Shown here piece by piece: positions 29,506 through 38,654 of a stretch of 64,000 bases of DNA (within the stretch, counting starts at the first letter, position 1; the number at the start of each line of letters is the position of its first letter). The notes beneath the pieces are model-generated. The model was not told the DNA's origin, did no database searches, and saw only the letters and a list, made by a program, of their open reading frames with translations. Position numbers and translations under genes: made by a program. The stretch comes from an uncultured Trueperaceae bacterium (GTDB taxonomy: Bacteria; Deinococcota; Deinococci; Deinococcales; Trueperaceae). The stretch lies in NCBI GenBank assembly GCA_937873495.1, contig CALMXZ010000011.1:344808-408807 (forward strand), in the 5' to 3' direction.

Positions 29506-29526
29506 CCGGCCCGGGCGCCCGCGCCG

Positions 29527-29727
29527 CTAAGGGTCCTCGCGCTCGGGGCCTTGCGCGCCGACGGCCTGCGGCGGTTCCGGCTTGTAGCGACCGGCGCGCT
29601 TCACCGCCTCGGCCAGCAGGTACTCGATCTGCGCGTTGAGACTGCGCAGGTCGTCGGCCGCCCACTTCTCCACGGCCGCGTGCACCTTCGGGTCGAGCCG
29701 CAGGAGGAAGCGGCGCTTCTCGGGCAC
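29527..29727 (-). CDS. Arc/MetJ-type ribbon-helix-helix DNA-binding protein (66 aa)
   Basis: RRFLLRLDPKVHAAVEKWAADDLRSLNAQIEYLLAEAVKRAG matches the Arc-like RHH pattern. Last gene of the SPFH operon. Confidence 0.5.
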   Translation of the reverse strand: MPEKRRFLLRLDPKVHAAVEKWAADDLRSLNAQIEYLLAEAVKRAGRYKPEPPQAVGAQGPEREDP

Positions 29728-29738
29728 CTAAGCCTGCC

Positions 29739-31556
29739 TCACCTGCCGGGCCGCAGGTTGCCGGCCAGGTAGGTGGCGATGACCTGGACGAGCGTCGGCG
29801 AGACCTGCGCCCCTGGTCCTGGCAGCGGCATGGCCAGCGCCGGCCCCGCGGTGTCGACGAGGTTGTGCGTCAGGTCCGGGAACAGGAAGAGGTCGGCCCG
29901 CTGCGCGGCCGCCGCGATGGCCTCGGCATCCCCCACGCCGATCTGGATGTCCTTCTCCCCTTGCAACACCGCGACGGGCGCGCTCACGCGCACCGCCAGC
30001 GCCGTCGGGTCCTCGGCGAACTCGCTGCGCAGCAACCCGGCGGCGTTGGCGAAGAGCGGCACGAGCGGGTTGGCCTGCAGCTCAGGGGTGAGCTCGAGCG
30101 CGACGCCGGTCGAGGCGCGGACGGCCGCAACGAGCTCGTCCACCTGGGCCGCCAGCCCGGCCAACTGCTCTTGGGTCGCCCCGGCCTCGGCGTTGCGCGC
30201 CAGGATCTGCTCCTTCAGGATCGCGTCTAGGGGCCTGCCGGGGCTGGCGAGCAGCACGACGGCCGCCGGCGAGACGTAACCCTCGGCCACTGCGTACAGG
30301 GCGACGAGCCCGCCTTCCGAGTGCCCCATGACGCCGAGGCGCGCCGCGTCGACCCCCGGCTGGTCGGCCAGGAAGGCGAACCAGTCGGCCAGGTTCTGGG
30401 CGTAGGTGGCTATGGTGACGGCGTTCCCGTCGCCTGTCGACGGCGCGATCCCTAGCTTGGAAGCGCGCAGCACCCCGTAGCCGCGGCAGGCGAGCGCGTA
30501 GGCGAGCTGCTTGTAGCCGCTGTTGAGGAGCACCGGCGGCGTGTTGCCATCGAGGTCGACCGGTCCGGAACCGGGGAGCAGGACGAGCGTCGGCGCGCTT
30601 CGCCCCCCGTCGGCGGCGGACAGCGGCAGCGTGAGCTTGCCTACCAGCTCGGCCCCCGTGCTGACGATGTTCACGTCGCGCTCGACTAGGCACGCGGTCT
30701 GCTCCGAGAGGAGGGCGGCGAGCGCGTCCTGCTGCGCGGCGAGCGTCGCGGCGGCGCCGGTCGGCTGCCCGGCACCCGCGGCAGTGGCCGCGTCCTGTGC
30801 ACCCCCCGGTCGCCGCTCGAAGCGCGCCGCGCCGGGGTCGGACGTCAGCACCAGGATGTCACCGGCCTCGTCGAGGTAGGCGACGAGCGTGGCCGTCTGC
30901 GGGCCGACGCTCATCGCGGCGTCGACCCGCCGGGCCTCGACCTCGGCGCCCCCGTACAGGACGGTCGCCGCCACGGGCGCCGCGACGCTCATGCGGCCGA
31001 GGACGACCGCCTGAGGCACGATGACGTCGACCTCGAGGCCCCCACCGACCGCCACGGCCCGGTCGACGATGAACTGCATGCCGTCCAGGAAGTTGTTGTC
31101 CATGACGTAGACGTCGCCTGGCAGCGGGAGGCTCAGCTGCTGCTTTTGGCCGGCCTGCTCGATCGTGAAGGCGGCGGCGTCCGGCGCGAAGGCCACCTCT
31201 ATCGAGATCGCCACGCCCTGGAACGTGCCCGTCAACTCGTAGCTGCGCGCGGCGCCGTTCTCGGCGGTGACGAGGTGGTCCGTGAGGTCGAAGGCGCCCG
31301 GCACCTGGAGGTGCGAGCGCGCCTCGCCCGTAGCTCCCTCCATGGCCCTAGTGAGCGTGACGCCAAGCTCACCGACCACGGCGCCGCCGACGGACAGGTC
31401 GTAGGCGACGGTGGGGGCGGGCTCACCGGCGCCGGCGGTGCCTTGGGCCGTGGCGAAGGGGGCGAAGGAGGCTAGGAGGCCGGTGAGCCCCGCCACGCAC
31501 TTGGTGCGCAGCGCCGGCCGGCGGTACGCCAACGTCGGTTCGCGGTTCATCGTCAC
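29739..31556 (-). CDS. Secreted two-domain protein: unknown N-terminal domain plus C-terminal alpha/beta-hydrolase (serine hydrolase)
   Basis: Signal peptide. C-terminal region with nucleophile elbow VMGHSEGGLVAL and a downstream Asp/His (…DLTHN…). Confidence 0.6.
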   Translation of the reverse strand: MTMNREPTLAYRRPALRTKCVAGLTGLLASFAPFATAQGTAGAGEPAPTVAYDLSVGGAVVGELGVTLTRAMEGATGEARSHLQVPGAFDLTDHLVTAENGAARSYELTGTFQGVAISIEVAFAPDAAAFTIEQAGQKQQLSLPLPGDVYVMDNNFLDGMQFIVDRAVAVGGGLEVDVIVPQAVVLGRMSVAAPVAATVLYGGAEVEARRVDAAMSVGPQTATLVAYLDEAGDILVLTSDPGAARFERRPGGAQDAATAAGAGQPTGAAATLAAQQDALAALLSEQTACLVERDVNIVSTGAELVGKLTLPLSAADGGRSAPTLVLLPGSGPVDLDGNTPPVLLNSGYKQLAYALACRGYGVLRASKLGIAPSTGDGNAVTIATYAQNLADWFAFLADQPGVDAARLGVMGHSEGGLVALYAVAEGYVSPAAVVLLASPGRPLDAILKEQILARNAEAGATQEQLAGLAAQVDELVAAVRASTGVALELTPELQANPLVPLFANAAGLLRSEFAEDPTALAVRVSAPVAVLQGEKDIQIGVGDAEAIAAAAQRADLFLFPDLTHNLVDTAGPALAMPLPGPGAQVSPTLVQVIATYLAGNLRPGR

Positions 31557-31561
31557 TGCTC

Positions 31562-32440
31562 CTAACCGCCGTACAACGTGCCGGCGTTCACGACGGGCGA
31601 GACGGACTGCTCGCTCGTCAACGCGACCATGAGGTTGTTGGCCATGGCCGCGCGCTTGTCGTCGTCCAGGTCGACCACGCCACGCTCGGAGAGGCCCCTG
31701 AGCGCGTCCTCGACCATGCCGACGGCCGCCTCGACGATGAGGCGCCTGGCGGAGACCACGGCCTGCGCCTGCTGCCTGCGCAGCATGGCCTGGGCGATCT
31801 CAGGCGCGTAGGCGAGGTGGGTGAGGCGCGCCTCGATGACGTCGACCCCGGCGACCTGGAGGCGCTCCTCCAGCTCGAGCCGCAACGCGTTGGCGAGCTC
31901 CTCGGGGTTCTCGCGCAGCGACGGGCGCTCCTCGCCGGCCGAGTCGTACGGGTAGCGCGTGGCGAGGCCGCGTAGGGCCGTCTCGGCCTGGATGCCGACG
32001 AACTGCTCGTAGTCGTCGACATCGAAGACGGCCTTGGCCGACTCCGCCACGCGCCACACGACCACGGCCGCGATCTCCACCGGGTTGCCGTCCGCGTCGT
32101 TGACCTTGATGCGTTCGCTCGTGAAGTTGCGGACGCGCAGGCTGACGTTCCTCTTGGCGGTGAACGGGTTCACGTACCAGAAGCCGGAGCGGCGGACTGA
32201 ACCGGCGTACGAGCCGAAGAAGGTGAGGACCCGCGCCTGGTTGGGCTGGACGGCCACGAGGCCGTTCGCCGCCACCACGCCAAGGATGATGAGCAGCACC
32301 CCGACCGCGAAGACGGCCCACGCCTCGTGGTAGATGCCGAGGACGAACATGGCACCGCCGCCGAGGACGGCAGCCACCATGAGGGCGAGCCCGGCGAACC
32401 CATTGACGACCCTGGCTTCCTTCTCCACTACTTGGTTCAC
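31562..32440 (-). CDS. SPFH/band-7 (stomatin-like) membrane protein
   Basis: N-terminal TM segment, then SPFH domain and coiled-coil C-terminus. Confidence 0.8.
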   Translation of the reverse strand: MNQVVEKEARVVNGFAGLALMVAAVLGGGAMFVLGIYHEAWAVFAVGVLLIILGVVAANGLVAVQPNQARVLTFFGSYAGSVRRSGFWYVNPFTAKRNVSLRVRNFTSERIKVNDADGNPVEIAAVVVWRVAESAKAVFDVDDYEQFVGIQAETALRGLATRYPYDSAGEERPSLRENPEELANALRLELEERLQVAGVDVIEARLTHLAYAPEIAQAMLRRQQAQAVVSARRLIVEAAVGMVEDALRGLSERGVVDLDDDKRAAMANNLMVALTSEQSVSPVVNAGTLYGG

Positions 32441-32556
32441 TTCTCCTCCACCCGAGGGCTCATGTTCGGCCCTCTTAGTATCAGGATGATATCACGTCGA
32501 TATCGCGCCGGCGTAAAGGCCTCGGGGTTCGTCGCGCCACGCTCGGCGTTGGTAGA

Positions 32557-33114
32557 GTGCCGAACGTGAGCATCAGGCCGGACAAGTGGATAAGGGAGCG
32601 CGCGCTCGAGGGCATGATCACCCCCTTCGAGGAGAGCCTCGTGCGCGAAGGCGTCATCAGTTACGGCTTGTCGAGCTTCGGCTACGACCTGCGGGCGGCC
32701 CCGGAGTGGCGCATCTTCGTCAACGCGTTCAACACGGTGGTCGACCCGAAGGAGTTCGACACCCGCAGCCTCGTGGAGTTCGAGGGCGACACTTGCATCA
32801 TCCCGCCCAACTCGTTCGTGCTGACCAGATCGGTTGAGTATTTGCGAATACCAGATGATACTATGGTAATTGCACTAGGCAAATCTTCGTACGCCAGGTG
32901 CGGTATAGTGGCAAATGTAACTCCCCTAGAACCAGGCTGGCAAGGACATGTCACGCTCGAACTGAGTAACACCACCCCGCTCCCCGCCAAGGTCTACGCC
33001 AACGAGGGCATCGTGCAGCTGCTCTTCTTCCAGGGCGAACGCCCGGAGCGAACCTACGCCGACAGGCAGGGGAAGTACCAGGGGCAGACGGGCGTCACGC
33101 TGCCCAAGCTCTAG
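32557..33114 (+). CDS. dcd: dCTP deaminase
   Basis: 185 aa. …[10 protein letters not shown]…, [15 protein letters not shown] motifs. Start may be GTG 32557 or GTG 32566. Confidence 0.9.
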   Translation: MPNVSIRPDKWIRERALEGMITPFEESLVREGVISYGLSSFGYDLRAAPEWRIFVNAFNTVVDPKEFDTRSLVEFEGDTCIIPPNSFVLTRSVEYLRIPDDTMVIALGKSSYARCGIVANVTPLEPGWQGHVTLELSNTTPLPAKVYANEGIVQLLFFQGERPERTYADRQGKYQGQTGVTLPKL

Positions 33115-33188
33115 GCGCCCCGGCCGGCGCGGGCGCACCCTCCACCCGGCTCAAGAGTCCTGGGCCTTGCTCGGCGGTGGCCCGGCGG

Positions 33189-34541
33189 TCACTCGTCCTC
33201 CCCGGCGTCCGCCAACGGCAGGCGCACCCGGAAGACGGTTGCGCCCGGCCGGCTCTCCACCGCGATAGCCCCGGCGTGGTGCTCGGCGACCTGCCGAGCG
33301 ATGGCGAGGCCGAGGCCCGAGCCGCCGCCCGCGCCCTTGTAGAACTTCTCGAAGATCCTCTGCAGCAGCTCGGGCGCGATGCCAGGGCCATCGTCGCTGA
33401 CGCTCACCGTGGCGTAGCCGTCCGCCGCCTCGAGCCCCAGCGTCACCGCGTCAGGCCCGGACGCCGCGCGCACCGCGTTGGCCGTGAGGTTGCGCACCAT
33501 CTGCGTGAGCCGCAGCGGGTCGCCGAGCACCAGGGCCGGCTGCCCCGATGCGACCCTGACCCCGGGGAACTCGCCGGCCACGAGCCCGAGGACGTCGGAG
33601 CGGAGTTCGACGAGGTGCGGGTTGGGGTCGACGACGAGCTGGCCACGCGAGAGCTGGAGGAGGTCCTCTACGAGGCGCGTCATGCTGCCGGCCACGCGCT
33701 GGGCGTCGGCCAGGTCGTCGCGCACCTCGGGTTTGGCGCGTCTCACGGCGCGGTCGAGGAAGCCGCGGAGGCTCGTCAGCGGGGTGCGCAGCTCGTGGCT
33801 CGTCTCGGCGAGGAACACGCGCTGGGCGTCCAGCGCCTGGCGCAGCCTCTCGACCAGGCCGTTGAGCGCGGCGGTCAAGCGCCCGATCTCGTCGCGCGGG
33901 CCGTCGTACTGGATGGGCTCGAGGTGCTCGGGGCCGAGCGTGCCGGCCAGGCGCGCGAGCCGGACGAGGGGCCTGAGCGAGGCGGCGGCGACGACGTACC
34001 CGACGAGCAGGCTGACGACGACGAGGAGCACGGCCGCGATCAGGAGGTTCCGCGACAGGTCGGCGAGCACGGCCCCGATGTACGCGGGGTCGGTCAACAC
34101 GACCACGACGCCGAGCTCGAACGGCGCCAACGCGGCCTCCATGGGCCTGCCGTCGACCGAGCCGCTCCAGGTCGTGGGGACGCCACGGCCGGCCACCACG
34201 TCGGCGGGCGGGAGCGCGGCGGCCGCGAGTTCGAACTCGGGCCGGCTGGCCACGAGGAGGTTGCCGGCGGGATCGTACACCTGCAGCACCACGCCGCCCG
34301 TCGCGCCCGTCAGGCTCGTGCGCGCGCTGCCCTCGCCCGCGTTGTAGAGCGCGGCCACGACGCTCGCGTCTTCCTTGAGCGTGCGGCGCAGCTCCTGGTA
34401 GAGCCCGGCGCGCACGACCTGGTAGGTAACGACCATGGTCAGGCCGGCGAGCAGGGCGATGGCGGTACTCGCGAGCAGCGCCACGCGCCAGGTGAGGGCC
34501 AGGCGCGGCGTGGTGAGGCGCAACACGGGCAGGCGCTTCAC
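33189..34541 (-). CDS. Sensor histidine kinase (two TM, HAMP, HisKA, HATPase)
   Basis: H-box ETSHELRTPL. G-boxes DDGPGI…GGSGLGLAI. Confidence 0.85.
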   Translation of the reverse strand: MKRLPVLRLTTPRLALTWRVALLASTAIALLAGLTMVVTYQVVRAGLYQELRRTLKEDASVVAALYNAGEGSARTSLTGATGGVVLQVYDPAGNLLVASRPEFELAAAALPPADVVAGRGVPTTWSGSVDGRPMEAALAPFELGVVVVLTDPAYIGAVLADLSRNLLIAAVLLVVVSLLVGYVVAAASLRPLVRLARLAGTLGPEHLEPIQYDGPRDEIGRLTAALNGLVERLRQALDAQRVFLAETSHELRTPLTSLRGFLDRAVRRAKPEVRDDLADAQRVAGSMTRLVEDLLQLSRGQLVVDPNPHLVELRSDVLGLVAGEFPGVRVASGQPALVLGDPLRLTQMVRNLTANAVRAASGPDAVTLGLEAADGYATVSVSDDGPGIAPELLQRIFEKFYKGAGGGSGLGLAIARQVAEHHAGAIAVESRPGATVFRVRLPLADAGEDE

Positions 34542-34560
34542 CGTGGCGCCACTCCGACCG

Positions 34561-35229
34561 TCAGGACTTCAGGGCGTAACCGACGCCGCGCACGGTGCGG
34601 ATCACGCCGAAGCCGCCCGCGTCGCGGAGCTTGCCTCGGATGTTGGCGATATGCACGTCCACGACGTTCGACGACGGCGGGAGCTCCTCCCCCCAGACGT
34701 TGTGCTCGATCTCCTTGCGGCTGTAGACCCGGCCCGGCTGGCCGGCCAAGTAGTGCAGGAGCTCGTACTCGCGGGGGCTGAAGCGCACCTCCTCCGCAGC
34801 CCAGAAGACCTGCCTGCGCGCCGGATCGATCGTCAGCTCGCCGATCTTCTGGGTGACGCCAAGGGTGCGCTTGCGCAGCTGCACGTTGACCCTGGCGAGG
34901 AGCTCCTCCACGTGGAACGGCTTCGCAAGGTAGTCGTCTGCCCCCGCGTTGAGCATCTCCACCTTGGTGCCGACCTCGTCGGCGGCCGTGAGGATGATGA
35001 TCGGGATGTTGCCGGTGTGGCGCAGCCGTCGGGCGATCTCCTGACCGCTGATGTCCGGCAGGCCGAGGTCGAGGATGACGAGGTCGGGGCTGGATTCGCG
35101 TACCGCGGACAGGCCGCGCATGCCGCTGTCGAACGCCATGACCTCGAAGCCGGCGTCCTCGAGCTCGCGGCTGAGCAACCGGAGGATGTCGACGTCGTCT
35201 TCGACTATGAGGATACGTTTGGCGGACAT
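34561..35229 (-). CDS. OmpR-family response regulator
   Basis: Receiver domain (DD…D…K) plus winged-helix output domain. Confidence 0.9.
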   Translation of the reverse strand: MSAKRILIVEDDVDILRLLSRELEDAGFEVMAFDSGMRGLSAVRESSPDLVILDLGLPDISGQEIARRLRHTGNIPIIILTAADEVGTKVEMLNAGADDYLAKPFHVEELLARVNVQLRKRTLGVTQKIGELTIDPARRQVFWAAEEVRFSPREYELLHYLAGQPGRVYSRKEIEHNVWGEELPPSSNVVDVHIANIRGKLRDAGGFGVIRTVRGVGYALKS

Positions 35230-35232
35230 GCC

Positions 35233-35613
35233 TTAGAGGCCCCTTCCTATCGGTAGGTCGAGCCAGATCTCGCGCTCCTCGAGGAGGATCTCGCGTAATG
35301 ACAAGGGTCGGGACCGCCCTTCGACGCTCAACTGCACGTCGGTGCCGCCCTGCGTGACCGCGCCCCTGTAGGCGGTCGCGCCCGCGAGCTGCGCCGCCTT
35401 GGAGCGTACGTCGTCGTCGGGGGGGAAGATGAGCACTCGTACCTCGGTGCCGGGGGGAGGGAACTCGCCGAACACGAGGTGCCCGTCGACGACCTTGGCC
35501 GAGGCGTACACGGTCAGGAGGTCGACGGAGACGATACGGACCTCCGTCCCCTCGGGCATGGCCGGAAGCTGGAAGACCGCCTGGCCGAGCATCAGGAAGA
35601 ACGCGATGCTCAT
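35233..35613 (-). CDS. Small secreted/periplasmic hypothetical protein (about 126 aa), first gene of the two-component operon
   Basis: Start at internal Met MSIAFFLMLGQAVFQLPA (signal-like). Stop TAA lies 3 nt before the RR start codon. Confidence 0.4.
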   Translation of the reverse strand: MSIAFFLMLGQAVFQLPAMPEGTEVRIVSVDLLTVYASAKVVDGHLVFGEFPPPGTEVRVLIFPPDDDVRSKAAQLAGATAYRGAVTQGGTDVQLSVEGRSRPLSLREILLEEREIWLDLPIGRGL

Positions 35614-35923
35614 GCTCGTACCGGGCCGCTGCAGCGCCCATGTGCAGCGCACGTCATGAGAAGATGCTATCAGCGGGGCGTGAACCGCCTGCCGGAGCCG
35701 GCTTCAGGGAACCTTAACCGCCTCCGGCCGGCCGGGCGCGAGCAGGACGTGTCGGCGGTCGGCCGCGCCGCGCCGCGCCGACAGGCTGATCGCACCCGCG
35801 TTGATGCGCCACCAGGCGTGCAGCGCGCGTGGCGCGGAGCGAGTGAACGAAGTAACCTCTTCGAGGCGGTCGTCCGCTGCATGATGGGGCCGGGCTAGAC
35901 ATCGACTAGCGGGAAGGGAACGC

Positions 35924-37564
35924 ATGTCAGGCAACCGGGGAGCCGCACTCGTGAGTATGCGGTCGCGCACCTTGGCGCTGCTCGTCGCCATCCTCGCGTT
36001 GACCGCGGGCGTTACGCACGCGCAGGGGTTCGACGAGAACCGTTACTACCAGCAATGCCTTCGCTTCGAGGCGGGTGGCGACCTCGAGACGGCCAGGCAG
36101 GCCTGTCTCAACGCCATCCAGATCCGCCCCGACTTCGCGGCGGCCGAGTTGGCCCTCGCTCGCATCGAGCTGGGCCTTGGCGAGGTGGCGAGCGCCGAGA
36201 ACCGCCTGCGCCGCGTGCGCAACCGGATCGACACGGCCGAGCCGATCGTGCTCCTGGCCGAGGCCGCCCTCGCCAGCCACCGGCCGGGCGACGCCGAAGC
36301 CTTGCTGCAGGAGGCGAAAGGCCGCCTGGCGACGCAGGGGAACGTCGAGTTGCAGGGGCGGGTCGCGTTCCTGCAGGGCCGCATCATGCAGAGCCAAGGC
36401 CGGTTCGGCGAGGCGCTCGACTCTTACGCCGACGCGATCCTCGGCAACCCACTCGACGTCGGTTACCGCCTGGCGGACGCCCGGCTCAGGCTGCGCCTCG
36501 GCGAGCCGGCCTCGGCTGAGCAGCAGCTGCAGAGCTACGTCAACCTCACCGGCGACGACCGCAACCCGGAAGTGCGCTCGCTGATGGGCCGCGCGCAGTG
36601 GGCGAACGGGGAGCTCGAGGCCGCCAACGGCAACATCGCCACCGCGCACCAGCTCCGCGGGGTGCGCAACGTCTCGGCCCAGGCGAACGACCTGCGCGCG
36701 CTGGCCATGATCGCCTACGCCCAGGGCGACGTCGACGCCGGGGGGCTCGCCCTGCGCGAGTCCTTGAAGCGCGAGAACCTCACGTCGTTCCTGCGCGGCA
36801 ACTCGCTCATCTGGCTCCTCCTGCTCGTGCTCCTCGTCGGGGCGCATCTCATCGGCGAGAGCCGCATCGCGTCGTCCTCCACCCTCGAGGTGGTCGACGG
36901 CCCGCGGAACTGGAGCGTCGGCCAGGTCTACACGACGCTGTTCGCCGCCCTGCTGCTCGCGCTCCTCGTGACGGTCGTCTACGGGCTCATGCGGTACGAC
37001 AACTCGTTGGCCATCGTCACGCCGCCGCTGCGGAGCGAGACGCACGCCATCTTCGTGACGGTGTTCGCCGTGCTGCTCGCGCTGCTCGCGTGGCGCCGGG
37101 TGCAGAGCAACGGCTTCGACGCCATGGAGACGCTCCTCGGCAGCTCGCGCTTCGCCGGTTACGGGATCGGCTGGGGGGCGCTCTTCCTCGCCGCCACCCT
37201 CGCCTACCTGCACTACTTCGACGGCGGCCTCGGCCGGTTCTACCTCGATTTCGTGCGCACCTCACCCTTCGTGGTGGCCGCGGCCTTCCTCGTGCCGTTG
37301 GCGGAGATCTACTTCCGGCCGTTCGTGATGACGCCGCTCACCCGCAGGTACGACGGGGCCATCGCCGCCCTCGCTTCGGCCTGCCTCTCCGCCATCGCCT
37401 TCGGCACGCCCACCCTCCTGCTGGTCGTCATGGGCCTGCTCCTCGCCGACGCCTACCGGCGCCGCAGGAGCGGCTGGGAAGTGCTCGTCGCGCAGCTCAC
37501 CATGCACCTTGGGCTGCTGGCCGCGGCGCTCCTCAGCCCCTGGGTCAGGGCACTCTTCTACTAG
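35924..37564 (+). CDS. TPR-repeat periplasmic domain fused to a CPBP (CAAX protease/Abi) family intramembrane metalloprotease domain
   Basis: Signal peptide, then TPR-like repeats (residues about 40-280), then multiple TM helices with the CPBP motif LAEIYFRPF (EExxxR) and later His/Asn motifs. GGGAAGGGA RBS. Confidence 0.6.
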   Translation: MSGNRGAALVSMRSRTLALLVAILALTAGVTHAQGFDENRYYQQCLRFEAGGDLETARQACLNAIQIRPDFAAAELALARIELGLGEVASAENRLRRVRNRIDTAEPIVLLAEAALASHRPGDAEALLQEAKGRLATQGNVELQGRVAFLQGRIMQSQGRFGEALDSYADAILGNPLDVGYRLADARLRLRLGEPASAEQQLQSYVNLTGDDRNPEVRSLMGRAQWANGELEAANGNIATAHQLRGVRNVSAQANDLRALAMIAYAQGDVDAGGLALRESLKRENLTSFLRGNSLIWLLLLVLLVGAHLIGESRIASSSTLEVVDGPRNWSVGQVYTTLFAALLLALLVTVVYGLMRYDNSLAIVTPPLRSETHAIFVTVFAVLLALLAWRRVQSNGFDAMETLLGSSRFAGYGIGWGALFLAATLAYLHYFDGGLGRFYLDFVRTSPFVVAAAFLVPLAEIYFRPFVMTPLTRRYDGAIAALASACLSAIAFGTPTLLLVVMGLLLADAYRRRRSGWEVLVAQLTMHLGLLAAALLSPWVRALFY

Positions 37565-37590
37565 CCGGTGCCAGGCCCCCTGCGCAGCTA

Positions 37591-38523
37591 GTGCCCGTCC
37601 ACCCCGTCGACAAGCCGCTCGGCTTGAGTTCCCACGACGTCGTCGCCCGCGCCCGCCGCCTGCTCGGCACGCGGCGGGTCGGCCACGCCGGGACGCTCGA
37701 CCCGCTGGCCACGGGCGTGCTCGTGCTCCTCTCCGAGGAGGCCACGAAGCTGTCGCCGTTCCTCACCGCCGGCGACAAGGAGTACTTGGCCTGGGTGGCC
37801 TTCGGGCTGGGCACGCCGACGCTCGACGCCGAGCCGCCCGATGACCAGGCCTTGCTGACCCGCGCGGCGCCGGAGGCGGTGGCGGCGCTGACGCGCGAAG
37901 GTGTCGCGGCCGCGGCGCGCGCTTTCCTCGGCGTGACCGAACAGCGCCCGCCCGCCTTCTCCGCCGTCAAGCAGGGTGGTACGCGGAGCTACGCCGCGGC
38001 GCGGCGCGGTGAGGCGACCGAGCCGCCCGCGCGGCCCGTCGCCTACCGCGACGTCGAGGTCGTGGCTTTCGCGCCAACGCGGGGGGAGCTGCCAGGCGAC
38101 CGCGGTTTCGACCTACCCGCTGAGCTCGCCGAGCTGCCGTGCGCGCTCGTGTCGGTCACCGTCGCGGCCGGCACGTATGTGCGCTCGTTCGCGCGCGACC
38201 TCGGTGCGCGCCTCGGCGTGCCGGCCCACCTCGCCGGCCTGGTGAGGGTGAGGGCCGGCAAGGTCGGCCTGGCGGACTGCTCGCCGCTCGACGCCGTCGC
38301 CTCGGCGGCGCCCCTCGACCCCGTGGCACTCCTGCCCTACCCGCGCACGACACTCGACGACCGCGTGGCGACCGCGGTCCGGCAAGGCAAGCAGGTGGAG
38401 CTCGGCCTGACCGGCACCACGGCGCTCGTAGACGAGGACGGGAACCTCGCCGCCATCGTCGAGCCGGGCCCGGACGGGCGCGTGCGCTACTTGCGCGTAT
38501 GGCAACGCGGCATGACGCCCTGA
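37591..38523 (+). CDS. truB: tRNA pseudouridine(55) synthase
   Basis: GTG start. GHAGTLDPLATGVL catalytic Asp motif. PUA-like C-terminus. Confidence 0.85.
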   Translation: MPVHPVDKPLGLSSHDVVARARRLLGTRRVGHAGTLDPLATGVLVLLSEEATKLSPFLTAGDKEYLAWVAFGLGTPTLDAEPPDDQALLTRAAPEAVAALTREGVAAAARAFLGVTEQRPPAFSAVKQGGTRSYAAARRGEATEPPARPVAYRDVEVVAFAPTRGELPGDRGFDLPAELAELPCALVSVTVAAGTYVRSFARDLGARLGVPAHLAGLVRVRAGKVGLADCSPLDAVASAAPLDPVALLPYPRTTLDDRVATAVRQGKQVELGLTGTTALVDEDGNLAAIVEPGPDGRVRYLRVWQRGMTP

Positions 38524-38654
38524 CGCCGGCCCCGTGTCACGACCTGAGCTACTTGCCACTCCGAAGAGGGCATCGGGCTGGGTAGACTCGTGAGGTTGTC
38601 TCTCAAGAACCACGCGGGGGCCGCTTCAGCGTCGCCCCCACAGGGAGCTGGAAG

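Noticed and set aside
36598-38523. 641-aa plus ORF overlapping the TPR-CPBP gene
   Set aside because: The N-terminal 330 aa are an out-of-frame read of the TPR-CPBP gene. truB begins at GTG 37591 with the conserved N-terminal sequence.
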